Under the pieces are notes generated by a model. The model ran no database searches and was not told where the DNA came from. It saw only the letters and a program-made list of their open reading frames with translations. DNA of 48,671 nt from an uncultured Aeromicrobium sp. (GTDB lineage: Bacteria > Actinomycetota > Actinomycetes > Propionibacteriales > Nocardioidaceae). A program made the position numbers and the translations under genes. The DNA lies in assembly GCA_937873005.1 (NCBI GenBank), contig CALMUY010000208.1, forward strand, positions 1 to 48,671, written 5' to 3'. Below, one piece after another: positions 9,172 to 19,521 of this stretch (positions are counted from its first letter, which is position 1; each line of letters opens with the position of its first letter).

Positions 9172-9570
9172 ATGAAAACCAGCATCAAAGCCGCAATTGT
9201 TGCGACGGCCAGTGTTGTTGCACTCGGAGCCGTAGGCTTCGGTGTCGCAGCATCTGCCGATACGAAGAACGCCAAGCGAGAAGATCACGACTCCGAAGTT
9301 GTCGCCGTGGTCGATGATGGGCCAGATACTGACCCAACGCCAGAACCAGCTATCGCAGGCGTCGACACAGACACGAACCCGACCGTCGTGACTACGGTCA
9401 GCCAAGTGACCAAGCCAAGCGTCGTGTCGAAGGTTTCGAAGCCGAGCAAGGTGACTGCGCCTTCGGTTCAGTCCAAGCCGAGCAAGGTGACTGCGCCTTC
9501 GGTTCAGTCCAAGCCGAGCAAGTTGACGGCGCCTTCGGCACCGAGCGCCCCGTCGACGAACACCAACTGA
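9172..9570 (+). CDS. Small secreted protein with acidic mid-part and Ser/Thr/Lys/Pro tandem repeats
   Basis: AGGAG SD; signal-peptide-like N-terminus ending ASA-D; KPSKVTAPSVQS repeats. Confidence 0.85.
   Translation: MKTSIKAAIVATASVVALGAVGFGVAASADTKNAKREDHDSEVVAVVDDGPDTDPTPEPAIAGVDTDTNPTVVTTVSQVTKPSVVSKVSKPSKVTAPSVQSKPSKVTAPSVQSKPSKLTAPSAPSAPSTNTN
9439..9538 (+). repeat. 36-bp coding tandem repeat (2 perfect copies plus a diverged partial third)
   Basis: AAGCCGAGCAAGGTGACTGCGCCTTCGGTTCAGTCC at 9439-9474 and 9475-9510, partial copy 9511-9538; no spacers. Confidence 0.95.
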
Positions 9571-9573
9571 ATC

Positions 9574-10383
9574 GTGGATGGTTTCACGAAGGTCGCTGAC
9601 CTTGGTGGGGGAGTTCACTACGATGTCTCGCTCGCCCATGACCACCGCAGGCGCACGCTTGTGGTGGTCAAGGCGCTGCGGGCAGATAAACGTGACGATG
9701 CGTCGGCACGGGCCGGATTTGCTCGCGAGCTCGACATTCTCTCTGACGTAGCCCATCCCTCAATTGTTCGGCTCCTCGATGAGGGTGTTGATTCCGATCT
9801 ACCGTTTATGGTGCTGGAACACGTCGATGGGCCAACACTTTCGCACCTTATTTCGACACATGGGCACGTGCAGCCTCATCAATGGCTTTCGTTGGCAGTC
9901 GAACTGACCTCGGCGATCGCGTTTCTGCACGATGCTGGCTTTGTGCACCTAGATGTGAAGCCGAGCAACGTCATCATGGGTGCCCCCGCAACCTTGATAG
10001 ACCTCAGCCTCGCGATGACTCACGCACAGGCCGCCGAACTGGACTATCCGGTGGGAACAGATGAGTATATGGCTCCCGAACAGTGCGAGCCGCACAAGCG
10101 GGGAGTCGTTTCGACGGCAAGCGACATGTGGGGGATTGGGGCAACCTTGTATCGCGCAGCAGTGGGACACCGCGCATGGCCTCAAGGCGGGCATCCCCAG
10201 TTGGTTGATCCGCCCCGGGAAATGCCCGACTTCGTGCCTTTCGATATGCAGCGCATCATTGTGGACCTCTTGAGTCCGGATCCAGACAGGCGACCTGGGC
10301 CGGATGTTTTGCTTGACCGCCTCGAAAACCTGATTGATCAATTGCCGAAGGCGCGACTGACAGGATTCAAAATCAAGTTGTAG
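9574..10383 (+). CDS. Stand-alone Hanks-type Ser/Thr protein kinase (non-RD)
   Basis: LGGG loop, VVVK, RE helix C, HLDVKPSN, DLS at the DFG position, GTDEYMAPE, SDMWGIG; no TM or sensor domain visible. Confidence 0.92.
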   Translation: MDGFTKVADLGGGVHYDVSLAHDHRRRTLVVVKALRADKRDDASARAGFARELDILSDVAHPSIVRLLDEGVDSDLPFMVLEHVDGPTLSHLISTHGHVQPHQWLSLAVELTSAIAFLHDAGFVHLDVKPSNVIMGAPATLIDLSLAMTHAQAAELDYPVGTDEYMAPEQCEPHKRGVVSTASDMWGIGATLYRAAVGHRAWPQGGHPQLVDPPREMPDFVPFDMQRIIVDLLSPDPDRRPGPDVLLDRLENLIDQLPKARLTGFKIKL

Positions 10384-10423
10384 ACACCTCAGTACGTACT
10401 GCGCTCAGCATGAATTCATCGAC

Positions 10424-11083
10424 CTAGTCCACGCGATAGCCAGCGCCACGAACCGTGGATATGAGCGACGCGCCCAGCTTCTTACGCAGGTATCCCACGT
10501 ACACGTCGACAATGTTCGATCCGGGATCGAAGTCATAACCCCACACCCGGCTCAGCAATTGTTCGCGCGAAAGTACGCGCCCTTGATTTCGCATCAGCAC
10601 TTCGGCGAGCGTCAGTTCACGTGCTGAAAGTTCGACGGGCTTGTCATCGACGAACGCGATGCGGCGATTGAGGTCGAGACGAACCGCGCCAACGGTTAGT
10701 TCGTTGGCTTCCGGTTGCGCAGGAGGTTGCGCTATGCGAAGCCGAATCCGTGCGAGCAACTCGGCAAATGAGAATGGCTTCGACATGTAATCGGCTGCAC
10801 CGCCTTCGAGTCCTGCCACCACGTCCGAAGCAGAATCTCGAGCAGTGAGAATGATGACGGGCAGGCCTGGTGCATGTTTGGTGAGTTGCGCTAATACGTC
10901 GAATCCCGACATTCCGGGCAAGCCAATATCGAGGATGACCAGGTTGAAATCACCGGTCAGGGCATAGTCGAGTGCTGTGATTCCATCGTTCACCACGGTG
11001 ACCGTGAATCCGTCTGCAGTGAGCCCTTTGGCAATGAAGGAGGCGATGCGTTCTTCATCTTCGGCAATCAGAATGCTTTTCAT
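10424..11083 (-). CDS. OmpR/PhoB-family response regulator
   Basis: ILIAEDE, LVILDIGLPG, ILTARD, DYMSKPF; winged helix NIVDVYVGYLRKKL, TVRGAGY. Confidence 0.96.
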   Translation of the reverse strand: MKSILIAEDEERIASFIAKGLTADGFTVTVVNDGITALDYALTGDFNLVILDIGLPGMSGFDVLAQLTKHAPGLPVIILTARDSASDVVAGLEGGAADYMSKPFSFAELLARIRLRIAQPPAQPEANELTVGAVRLDLNRRIAFVDDKPVELSARELTLAEVLMRNQGRVLSREQLLSRVWGYDFDPGSNIVDVYVGYLRKKLGASLISTVRGAGYRVD

Positions 11084-12447
11084 GAACTGACTCCCACAGG
11101 TATCGAGATGCGAAATTGAGCGCCGGGCGTCGTGTCGCTCTTCGGGTCGAGGGCGAGTTCGCCGCCGTGCGCTTCAGCGATCGCCGACACGATGGAAAGG
11201 CCGAGTCCGAAACCGTCGCGGGCATGGGCGCCTTGAGCGAACCGCTCAAAGATGATGGTGTGTTCTTCGACCGGAATACCGGTGCCTTCGTCGGCCACCC
11301 AGAACTCGACGGTGTTGGCGGTTCGGTCTGCACCAATCTCGATTCGTTGACCTTCCGTGGTGTGTTTCACGGCGTTGTCTACAAGTTGCACGAGCGCTTG
11401 GATGATGCGTTGCTCATCAAGTTGCGCCTCACCAATGTCATCGACCGAGAGCGCCCAAGAACGTGGTGCAAGCGGTGTAACTCGTGCGAACACCGAATCG
11501 ATCAGCATCATGATGTTCGTGGGTGCAGGTTTCACAAAGTCATTCCGTCCAGATTTTGCGAGTACCAGCAAGTCATCGACGAGTCGGCTCATCCGGTCAA
11601 TCTCGTCGAGAACGAGGAGCTGCGTCTGAGCACGCGCTTGAGGGTCAGAGTCTAAGAGTTCGATTTGACCACGGATGATCGTCAACGGTGTTCGAAGTTC
11701 GTGAGCGGCGTCGTCGAGCATCGCTTGGTGGGCTGTCATGGCGGATTCGAGACGGTCCAGCATTGCATTGAAGGTTCGCTGCAGATCGGCCAAGTCGTCA
11801 TTGCCGCTGACCTCGATACGTTCAGTCAACGCGGACGCATTGATAGCACGCGCCGTTTCATTGAGGTTCCGGAGAGGCGCGAGTGCGCGTTGTGCAATGA
11901 GGTTTGACAACGCGACAACAAACAAAAGCGCGACTGTCGCGAGCAGCGCATACGTGACCATAAGTTCGCGCAAGGCAGCGTGCGCAGTCGTCTTATCAAC
12001 CGCTGAGACCAACGCCGCACGTTCCGCACCGGCGTGGAGCGGAAGCACGCCAATCCGATAGGTCGTTTGTGCGGTTTCGAAATCGAAAACGCCCCCGGTG
12101 TCCATCAGTGCGCGGACTTTTACCGGAAAGGCGGCACTCTTGCGAAGGTCGTCGCTCGCCGAACCGACGTACGAGATGGTGCCGTCGGTCGTAAATGCCC
12201 ACATCGTTGAGCCGGTTGCCGGGTAGGTGCTTTCCAAATAGGACGTGAGGCGCTGGTCTACGGGCCGAGTGGGCGCGAAGGTGGTGATTCCTCCCAGTTC
12301 GTGCGCGATAGACGTCTCAATCGCGGCGGAAACTCGCTGGTATTCGAGAACCCAGACGGTCAAGCCAGTGATCGTCAGAGCGCTGGCGACCAACATGGCA
12401 ACCACCAAACTAATGCGTCGTGTTACCGGCATTGTTGAGAAACTCAT
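11080..12447 (-). CDS. Membrane sensor histidine kinase (2 TM, HAMP, HisKA, HATPase)
   Basis: AAHELRTPL H-box, DNAVKH N-box, DEGTGIP, IFERF, GFGLGLSIV; ATGA overlap with the regulator. Confidence 0.96.
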   Translation of the reverse strand: MSFSTMPVTRRISLVVAMLVASALTITGLTVWVLEYQRVSAAIETSIAHELGGITTFAPTRPVDQRLTSYLESTYPATGSTMWAFTTDGTISYVGSASDDLRKSAAFPVKVRALMDTGGVFDFETAQTTYRIGVLPLHAGAERAALVSAVDKTTAHAALRELMVTYALLATVALLFVVALSNLIAQRALAPLRNLNETARAINASALTERIEVSGNDDLADLQRTFNAMLDRLESAMTAHQAMLDDAAHELRTPLTIIRGQIELLDSDPQARAQTQLLVLDEIDRMSRLVDDLLVLAKSGRNDFVKPAPTNIMMLIDSVFARVTPLAPRSWALSVDDIGEAQLDEQRIIQALVQLVDNAVKHTTEGQRIEIGADRTANTVEFWVADEGTGIPVEEHTIIFERFAQGAHARDGFGLGLSIVSAIAEAHGGELALDPKSDTTPGAQFRISIPVGVSS

Positions 12448-12450
12448 AGG

Positions 12451-12798
12451 TCAGTTGGCATCTTCTCGGTCGTCGGAGTCGTCCTCAACATCCGAGTCGT
12501 CATCGTCGTCATCGTCCGAGTCGTCATCGTCGTCGTCAATATCTCGTGGTTTGGGTTGAACCGGTTTGTATGTAGGTGGCGCTGGGGTGGGTGTGGCGGT
12601 TGGGGAGGGACTGGCCGATGAAGTTGGAGTAGGTGTCGTTGAGGGTTCGGCGATCCCGGCGATGGGATCGGTGAAACCAGTAGGGGGAGTGGGGGCTGCG
12701 GAGACTCGGCCGACAATGGCAAGAAGGAGCACTGCTGCCACGACAAGTGAACTCACCGTGAGTGCGTGCTTGCGAGCCAAGCCTGCCCAACCGTTCAT
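12451..12798 (-). CDS. Small exported/anchored protein with Pro/Thr/Ser linker and poly-Asp tail
   Basis: Hydrophobic N-terminal segment, PTPT linker, DIDDDDDDSDDDDDDDSDVEDDSDD tail; ends 3 nt before the sensor kinase start. Confidence 0.8.
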   Translation of the reverse strand: MNGWAGLARKHALTVSSLVVAAVLLLAIVGRVSAAPTPPTGFTDPIAGIAEPSTTPTPTSSASPSPTATPTPAPPTYKPVQPKPRDIDDDDDDSDDDDDDDSDVEDDSDDREDAN

Positions 12799-12805
12799 AG
12801 CAACG

Positions 12806-12859
12806 ATTGTGCCTTGGTCGCATTGAACTTTAATGAGAACCGCGTGAGGAAGTTCTTAT
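12806..12859 (-). promoter_or_regulatory. Putative autoregulated, leaderless promoter of the poly-Asp protein/two-component operon
   Basis: Minus strand ATAAGA-N4-CCTCAC-N5-TCTCAT-N21-CACAAT-N7-ATG. Confidence 0.7.
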
Positions 12860-12915
12860 TATTTAAATCGCAGCGCTTCGAATGTGTAGGCGATTCGGGG
12901 AATTTGCTGGGGTGC

Positions 12916-13010
12916 TGCTAATCTTGGGGTTGCCGTGTATCGGCCACGGATTCGAGTGCCCCGGTGAACAGGCCCGGGCGCGCCGTGCAACGAGATAAAT
13001 AGGAGAACGC
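12916..13010 (+). promoter_or_regulatory. rpsO promoter (TG-n-TAATCT) and probable structured S15 autoregulatory leader
   Basis: Extended -10 at 12916-12924; GC-rich pairable segments (CACGG/CCGTG, CCCGG/CCGGG) before the AGGAG SD; S15 leaders are established in several phyla. Confidence 0.5.
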
Positions 13011-13301
13011 ATGTCGAAGAAGACTGCTGCCCCAACAGTGGCGAATTTGTCCAAGCAGGAAATCATTGCAGAGTACGCGTTGAGCGAAGGCGACACGGGT
13101 TCCCCTGAAGTGCAGATCGCCCTTTTGACAGGTCGCATCGCGCACCTCACAGAACACCTCAAGGAGCACAAGCACGACCACCACAGTCGTCGTGGACTCT
13201 TGCTTCTCGTCGGCCAACGCCGTCGTCTCTTGAACTACCTGCAGAACACCGAGATCGAGCGTTACCGTTCGCTCATCGAACGGCTCGGTCTGCGTCGCTG
13301 A
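13011..13301 (+). CDS. rpsO: 30S ribosomal protein S15
   Basis: [13 protein letters not shown]...[12 protein letters not shown]...LGLRR. Confidence 0.99.
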   Translation: MSKKTAAPTVANLSKQEIIAEYALSEGDTGSPEVQIALLTGRIAHLTEHLKEHKHDHHSRRGLLLLVGQRRRLLNYLQNTEIERYRSLIERLGLRR

Positions 13302-13307
13302 TTGTGT

Positions 13308-13339
13308 GAACGGCTGCCTTCCGATGGGGGCAGCCGTTC
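13308..13339 (+). terminator. Stem-loop after rpsO (terminator-like or processing/stability hairpin)
   Basis: GAACGGCTGCCTTC / GGGGGCAGCCGTTC; no clear U-tract. Confidence 0.65.
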
Positions 13340-13397
13340 TCTACAAAAGAACATCGAGTTCACAAAAGAACACCCAGAACGGGAGCGAAGACGCGCT

Positions 13398-13458
13398 TCG
13401 GTCCTCGGTAGTGGTCTTCGGAAAATTTATGGTTCCGCGGGTCTCGATCGAAGACCGG
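13398..13458 (+). ncRNA. Actino-pnp cis-regulatory RNA motif
   Basis: CGGTCCTCGGT-AGTGG...TCGATCGAAGACCGG closing stem in the pnp 5' region, matching the known actinobacterial motif pattern from memory. Confidence 0.8.
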
Positions 13459-13510
13459 CGAGTCGCTTCCTTCGTAACAAGCAGGCATCGCCTGCGGAAG
13501 GGACAATTCC

Positions 13511-15718
<2,208 letters not shown>

Positions 15719-15731
15719 CTCTTCACCACGC

Positions 15732-15771
15732 ATGAAGCCCCGCGACCTTCGGTCGCGGGGCTTCATCGTTT
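15732..15771 (+). terminator. Intrinsic terminator-like hairpin after pnp
   Basis: Perfect 16-bp inverted repeat ATGAAGCCCCGCGACC-TTC-GGTCGCGGGGCTTCAT. Confidence 0.85.
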
Positions 15772-15783
15772 AGCCTTGACCCC

Positions 15784-16530
15784 ATGACACGCGTGGCAGT
15801 TTTTGGAGCATCTGGTCGTATGGGATCAACGTCTGTTGGTGCGCTCACGCGTGCCGACGGCATCGAGGTTGTGGCGAAGATTGACGTCTCAGACGATCCA
15901 AGTCTGGCGCTAGAGGCCGCCGTCGATGTCGCTCTAGTTTTCTCGACACCTGATGTGGCGCTGGAACATGTTCGCTTGTGTGTCCAAGCGGGCATCCACG
16001 TTGTGGTGGGCACTTCAGGATTTGATCAGGCGCGCCAACGCGAGGTGTCTCAAATTCTTGAGTCCGCGCCAAACGTGGGCGTGCTCATCGTTCCCAACTT
16101 CTCGATCGGTGCCGTCCTCATGATGAGTTTTGCGGCAGCTGCGGCCCCGTACTTCGAGTCTGTTGAAGTTCTCGAAATGCATCATCCGGACAAAGTCGAT
16201 GCTCCTTCTGGCACTGCTGTCCGGACGGCAGAAATGGTGGCTGCTGCCCGTCATGCGGCCGGATCCACACCTATCCCAGACGCGACCACGATCGACCCTG
16301 ATGGCGCACGCGGTGCCAACGTCGCTGGCATCGCGGTACATGCGATCAGGGCTCGAGGTTATGTGGCCTCCCAAGAGGTGATTTTGGGGAATGCAGGTGA
16401 ACTCATGAGCCTGCGTCATGATTCCACTGATCGTGAATCATTCATGCCCGGCGTGGTGACGGCCGTACGTGCAGTTGCCGAGCGTCACGGTTTGACTGTA
16501 GGCCTCGATGCAATTCTTGGCTTGAGCTAG
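15784..16530 (+). CDS. dapB: 4-hydroxy-tetrahydrodipicolinate reductase
   Basis: GASGRMG, VVGTSG, PNFSIG, EMHHPDKVDAPSGTA. Confidence 0.97.
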   Translation: MTRVAVFGASGRMGSTSVGALTRADGIEVVAKIDVSDDPSLALEAAVDVALVFSTPDVALEHVRLCVQAGIHVVVGTSGFDQARQREVSQILESAPNVGVLIVPNFSIGAVLMMSFAAAAAPYFESVEVLEMHHPDKVDAPSGTAVRTAEMVAAARHAAGSTPIPDATTIDPDGARGANVAGIAVHAIRARGYVASQEVILGNAGELMSLRHDSTDRESFMPGVVTAVRAVAERHGLTVGLDAILGLS

Positions 16531-16552
16531 TTCCTGGTCGGAATCGGCAGCG

Positions 16553-16861
16553 TTAGAAAAACATCCTGACCAGCGCTGTGCTCGCTGCTGCAGCGATCAG
16601 CATCGGCAGAAATGGGACTCGCAAACTCAAGAGAATTGCGGCGACACCGACGCCGACGAGTCTTGCGTCGAGAACGAGCCTAGCCCCGTCGGCAAATGTT
16701 TGTACGGCGACAAGAGCCGACAAGAACGCCACGGGGATGAGTGCGGCGATAGCAAGGGTGACTCGGTGTTCGAGCACAGTCTGTGGCACGCTCAGTCCGG
16801 CCAGTTTCCAAAGATAGGTGCCCACGATGACGAAGGCGACGCCCCAAGTGAGTTCAGTCAT
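16553..16861 (-). CDS. azlD: AzlD-family small membrane protein
   Basis: YLWKLAGLSVP, PVAFLSAL, DARLVG; overlaps the azlC stop. Confidence 0.85.
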   Translation of the reverse strand: MTELTWGVAFVIVGTYLWKLAGLSVPQTVLEHRVTLAIAALIPVAFLSALVAVQTFADGARLVLDARLVGVGVAAILLSLRVPFLPMLIAAAASTALVRMFF

Positions 16862-17546
16862 CGGCGCCTGTTTTGTGTTCGATTAGTCGCTTCCATACCA
16901 AGCCCAGCGCGACCGCACCACATCCTGCGATGATGATGGGAACGCCAGGCGTGCTGAACGGGACCAGCGCGACAGCAATCAGGACTGAACAGAGGGCAAC
17001 GATCTGTGCCAAACGATCTGTCAAGCGTGGCCAAACAAGCCCGAGAAACGCTGCTGCGACGGCAGCATCGAGTCCAAATACCTTCGGATCGCCGATAGCG
17101 TTACCGGCCAATGCACCCAGGAGCGTCATCAGATTCCACATCACGAAGATCGTCACTCCGGTCCATACGAAGGCAGTTCTAGCATCCCGTGGATCCTTGT
17201 GACTCAATGCCATTGCAGTGCTTTCATCAATGACAAGATGGGCGGCCGCCAAGCGTCGCCATCCGCGAACGCGCAAGAGCGCGGCCAGCGAAATGGAATA
17301 GAACATGTTCCGTGCACCCAAAAGCGTGGCGGTCAAAGCAGCAGTGAGGGGCGCCCCGCCGGACGCCACCACGCCAACGAAAGCGAACTGGGATGCTCCA
17401 GTGAATGCGAAAAGACTCAAGGCGCAGGTCTGCAAAACTGACAATCCGCTGGCCGTTGCGATCGCACCAAAGGTGAGGCCGTACGTGCCGACCCCAATGC
17501 CGAGACCGAGTGAATCGAGGATGATTCGCCGTTGCGATGTGTCCAC
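16854..17546 (-). CDS. azlC: AzlC-family branched-chain amino acid export permease
   Basis: YGLTFG, FTGASQFA, LVIDESTA, FGLD motifs; multi-TM. Confidence 0.92.
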   Translation of the reverse strand: MDTSQRRIILDSLGLGIGVGTYGLTFGAIATASGLSVLQTCALSLFAFTGASQFAFVGVVASGGAPLTAALTATLLGARNMFYSISLAALLRVRGWRRLAAAHLVIDESTAMALSHKDPRDARTAFVWTGVTIFVMWNLMTLLGALAGNAIGDPKVFGLDAAVAAAFLGLVWPRLTDRLAQIVALCSVLIAVALVPFSTPGVPIIIAGCGAVALGLVWKRLIEHKTGADD

Positions 17547-18079
17547 TAGGCCAGAGCCGTATGCAGGCGCACTTGTTTGAGTTTCTGGCCCGGTTCACCT
17601 TCGAGTTCGCGGTGTGCGCCGTCGGGCGCCCAGCCAGCTGACGCAGCAAACCCCCGAGTGGCATCGTCTGTACTCGCTAGCCACCAGACAGCCCGCGTGA
17701 ATCCGTCGGCACGAAGCGTGTCGATACAGGCCTGAAGAAGGCGCGAACCGTGACCTTCGCCGAGGTGCTGACCCGAAATGATGAACTCGCCAATTTCGCC
17801 GTCTTTGATTTGATCGGCATCGGGATCGTGACAGGGGTGAACTAAGCCGAAGCCATGGACTGTTGAGCGCGTAAGCGCGACGAGTGTTCGGACCCGTGCG
17901 TCTGGGGGAGTGGTGACAATCTGGGCCCAACGCCCGGCAATCTCAGTCTCGTTCATGGAAGCGAGAGCCTGCTCGTCCATTACATCGGCAAAGGCGGACT
18001 TCCAATGGTCCAATTGAATCCGCGCGATGTGGGGCGCATCATCGGGCCAAGCCAATCGAGCAGAAACGTCAGCAGCCAT
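17546..18079 (-). CDS. GNAT-family N-acetyltransferase
   Basis: HLGEGHGSRLL acetyl-CoA motif, GWAPDG; GGAGG SD before ATG 18079. Confidence 0.88.
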   Translation of the reverse strand: MAADVSARLAWPDDAPHIARIQLDHWKSAFADVMDEQALASMNETEIAGRWAQIVTTPPDARVRTLVALTRSTVHGFGLVHPCHDPDADQIKDGEIGEFIISGQHLGEGHGSRLLQACIDTLRADGFTRAVWWLASTDDATRGFAASAGWAPDGAHRELEGEPGQKLKQVRLHTALA

Positions 18080-18231
18080 AAGAAACCTCCGCGTGGTCAA
18101 TCTCGGGCGGTGAGAGTTGACAGTGTGTAAGACGCATCAGATTCGAACCGATGCGCAACGGTCACACCCATGCTACGCATTCGTCGTCGTGTTGCCTTCG
18201 GTGGGAAGCATGCGATTGTTATGCTCAACAG

Positions 18232-19026
18232 ATGCGCGCGTACCTCGACCTTGTCCAACGAATTCTTGATGAGGGGGTGGAGCGTTCTGATCGCACTGGC
18301 ACTGGAACGATTGGTGTTTTTGGGCATCAAATGCGGTTCGATTTGGCCGAGGGTTTCCCGGTCGTAACGACCAAGAAGGTTCACCTTAAATCTGTTGTTG
18401 CTGAACTCTTGTGGTTTGTCGCGGGCAGTACGAACACCGGTTACTTGCGCGAGAACGGCGTCACCATATGGGACGAATGGGCCGATGAGAATGGCGATTT
18501 GGGGCCAATCTACGGCTACCAGTGGCGTTCATGGCCGGCTCCCAATGGCGAGCACATTGATCAACTGAAGCAGGTGATCGAGAACCTCAAGGCTGATCCG
18601 TATTCACGTCGGCACATCGTGAGCGCGTGGAACGTCGCCGAGCTTGATCGCATGGCCCTGGCACCATGTCACGCCTTTTTCCAGTTCTACGTGGCTGACG
18701 GAAAACTCTCCTGCCAGCTGTACCAGCGTTCGGCGGACGTGTTCCTCGGCGTACCGTTCAACATTGCTTCCTACGCCTTGTTGACCCACATGATTGCGCA
18801 GGTCTGCGGACTCGAGGTGGGTGAGTTCGTACATACCCTTGGTGACGCACACCTGTATCTCAACCACATCGAACAAGCAAAACTCCAACTTGAACGTGAG
18901 CCCATGAAACTGGCAACTCTCAAACTCGATCCAACAATCACGAGCATTGATGAGTTCACTCTCGATTCGATCACGATCGATGGCTACGAGAGCCATCCGG
19001 GAATCAAGGCGCCGATTTCCGTATGA
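18232..19026 (+). CDS. thyA: Thymidylate synthase
   Basis: [34 protein letters not shown]; start at ATG 18232. Confidence 0.98.
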   Translation: MRAYLDLVQRILDEGVERSDRTGTGTIGVFGHQMRFDLAEGFPVVTTKKVHLKSVVAELLWFVAGSTNTGYLRENGVTIWDEWADENGDLGPIYGYQWRSWPAPNGEHIDQLKQVIENLKADPYSRRHIVSAWNVAELDRMALAPCHAFFQFYVADGKLSCQLYQRSADVFLGVPFNIASYALLTHMIAQVCGLEVGEFVHTLGDAHLYLNHIEQAKLQLEREPMKLATLKLDPTITSIDEFTLDSITIDGYESHPGIKAPISV

Positions 19027-19517
19027 CCGTAACCGCAGTTGTCGCAGTGGGCAGCAATTCGGTCATCGGTCGTGACGGCCAAATGCCGTGGCCCCCAACT
19101 GGCGACATGAAAGAGTTCAAAGCGCTGACTTGGGGCCATCCGATCGTGATGGGGCGCACCACCTTTGAATCAATCGGCCGTCCACTGCCTGGCCGCACGT
19201 CCGTGGTGTTGACACGCGATCCCGAGTGGAATCCGGGGAACGCTGAGGTTCTGGTGGCCCATTCGCTCGCCGAGGGCTTAGCTTTGGCGCGAGGACTTGA
19301 TGACGAAGTATTTCTCATCGGAGGCGGATTGGTATTTGCCGAGGCGCGTGATGCGCAGGTGCTGGATCGTTTAGTGATCACCGAAGTGCCACTCGCGCCC
19401 GACGGCGATTCATTCTTTGACCCGATCGACCCTCAAGAGTGGCGTGAAATCTCCCGCGTGTCTCACGCAGGAACGCCGGACTTCACGGTCGTGACCTACG
19501 ACCGCATCCGCGACTAA
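19023..19517 (+). CDS. folA: Dihydrofolate reductase
   Basis: [36 protein letters not shown]; ATGA overlap with thyA. Confidence 0.96.
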   Translation: MTVTAVVAVGSNSVIGRDGQMPWPPTGDMKEFKALTWGHPIVMGRTTFESIGRPLPGRTSVVLTRDPEWNPGNAEVLVAHSLAEGLALARGLDDEVFLIGGGLVFAEARDAQVLDRLVITEVPLAPDGDSFFDPIDPQEWREISRVSHAGTPDFTVVTYDRIRD

Positions 19518-19521
19518 CGCT

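Noticed and set aside
9439-9538. 36-bp repeats as a CRISPR array
   Set aside because: Copies are head-to-tail with no spacers, in frame inside a CDS, and no cas genes are present
12850-12870. TTATTATTTAAAT as a dif/XerD site
   Set aside because: Only a partial resemblance to one arm, no XerC arm, and it overlaps the cassette operator
9058-12900. Cassette as a mobile element or genomic island
   Set aside because: No integrase, transposase, tRNA target or flanking direct repeats; composition looks similar to the neighbours
18100-18230. Short inverted repeats (CGCATC/GATGCG) between GNAT and thyA as a riboswitch
   Set aside because: thyA appears leaderless, the stems are short, and no known aptamer consensus is recognisable
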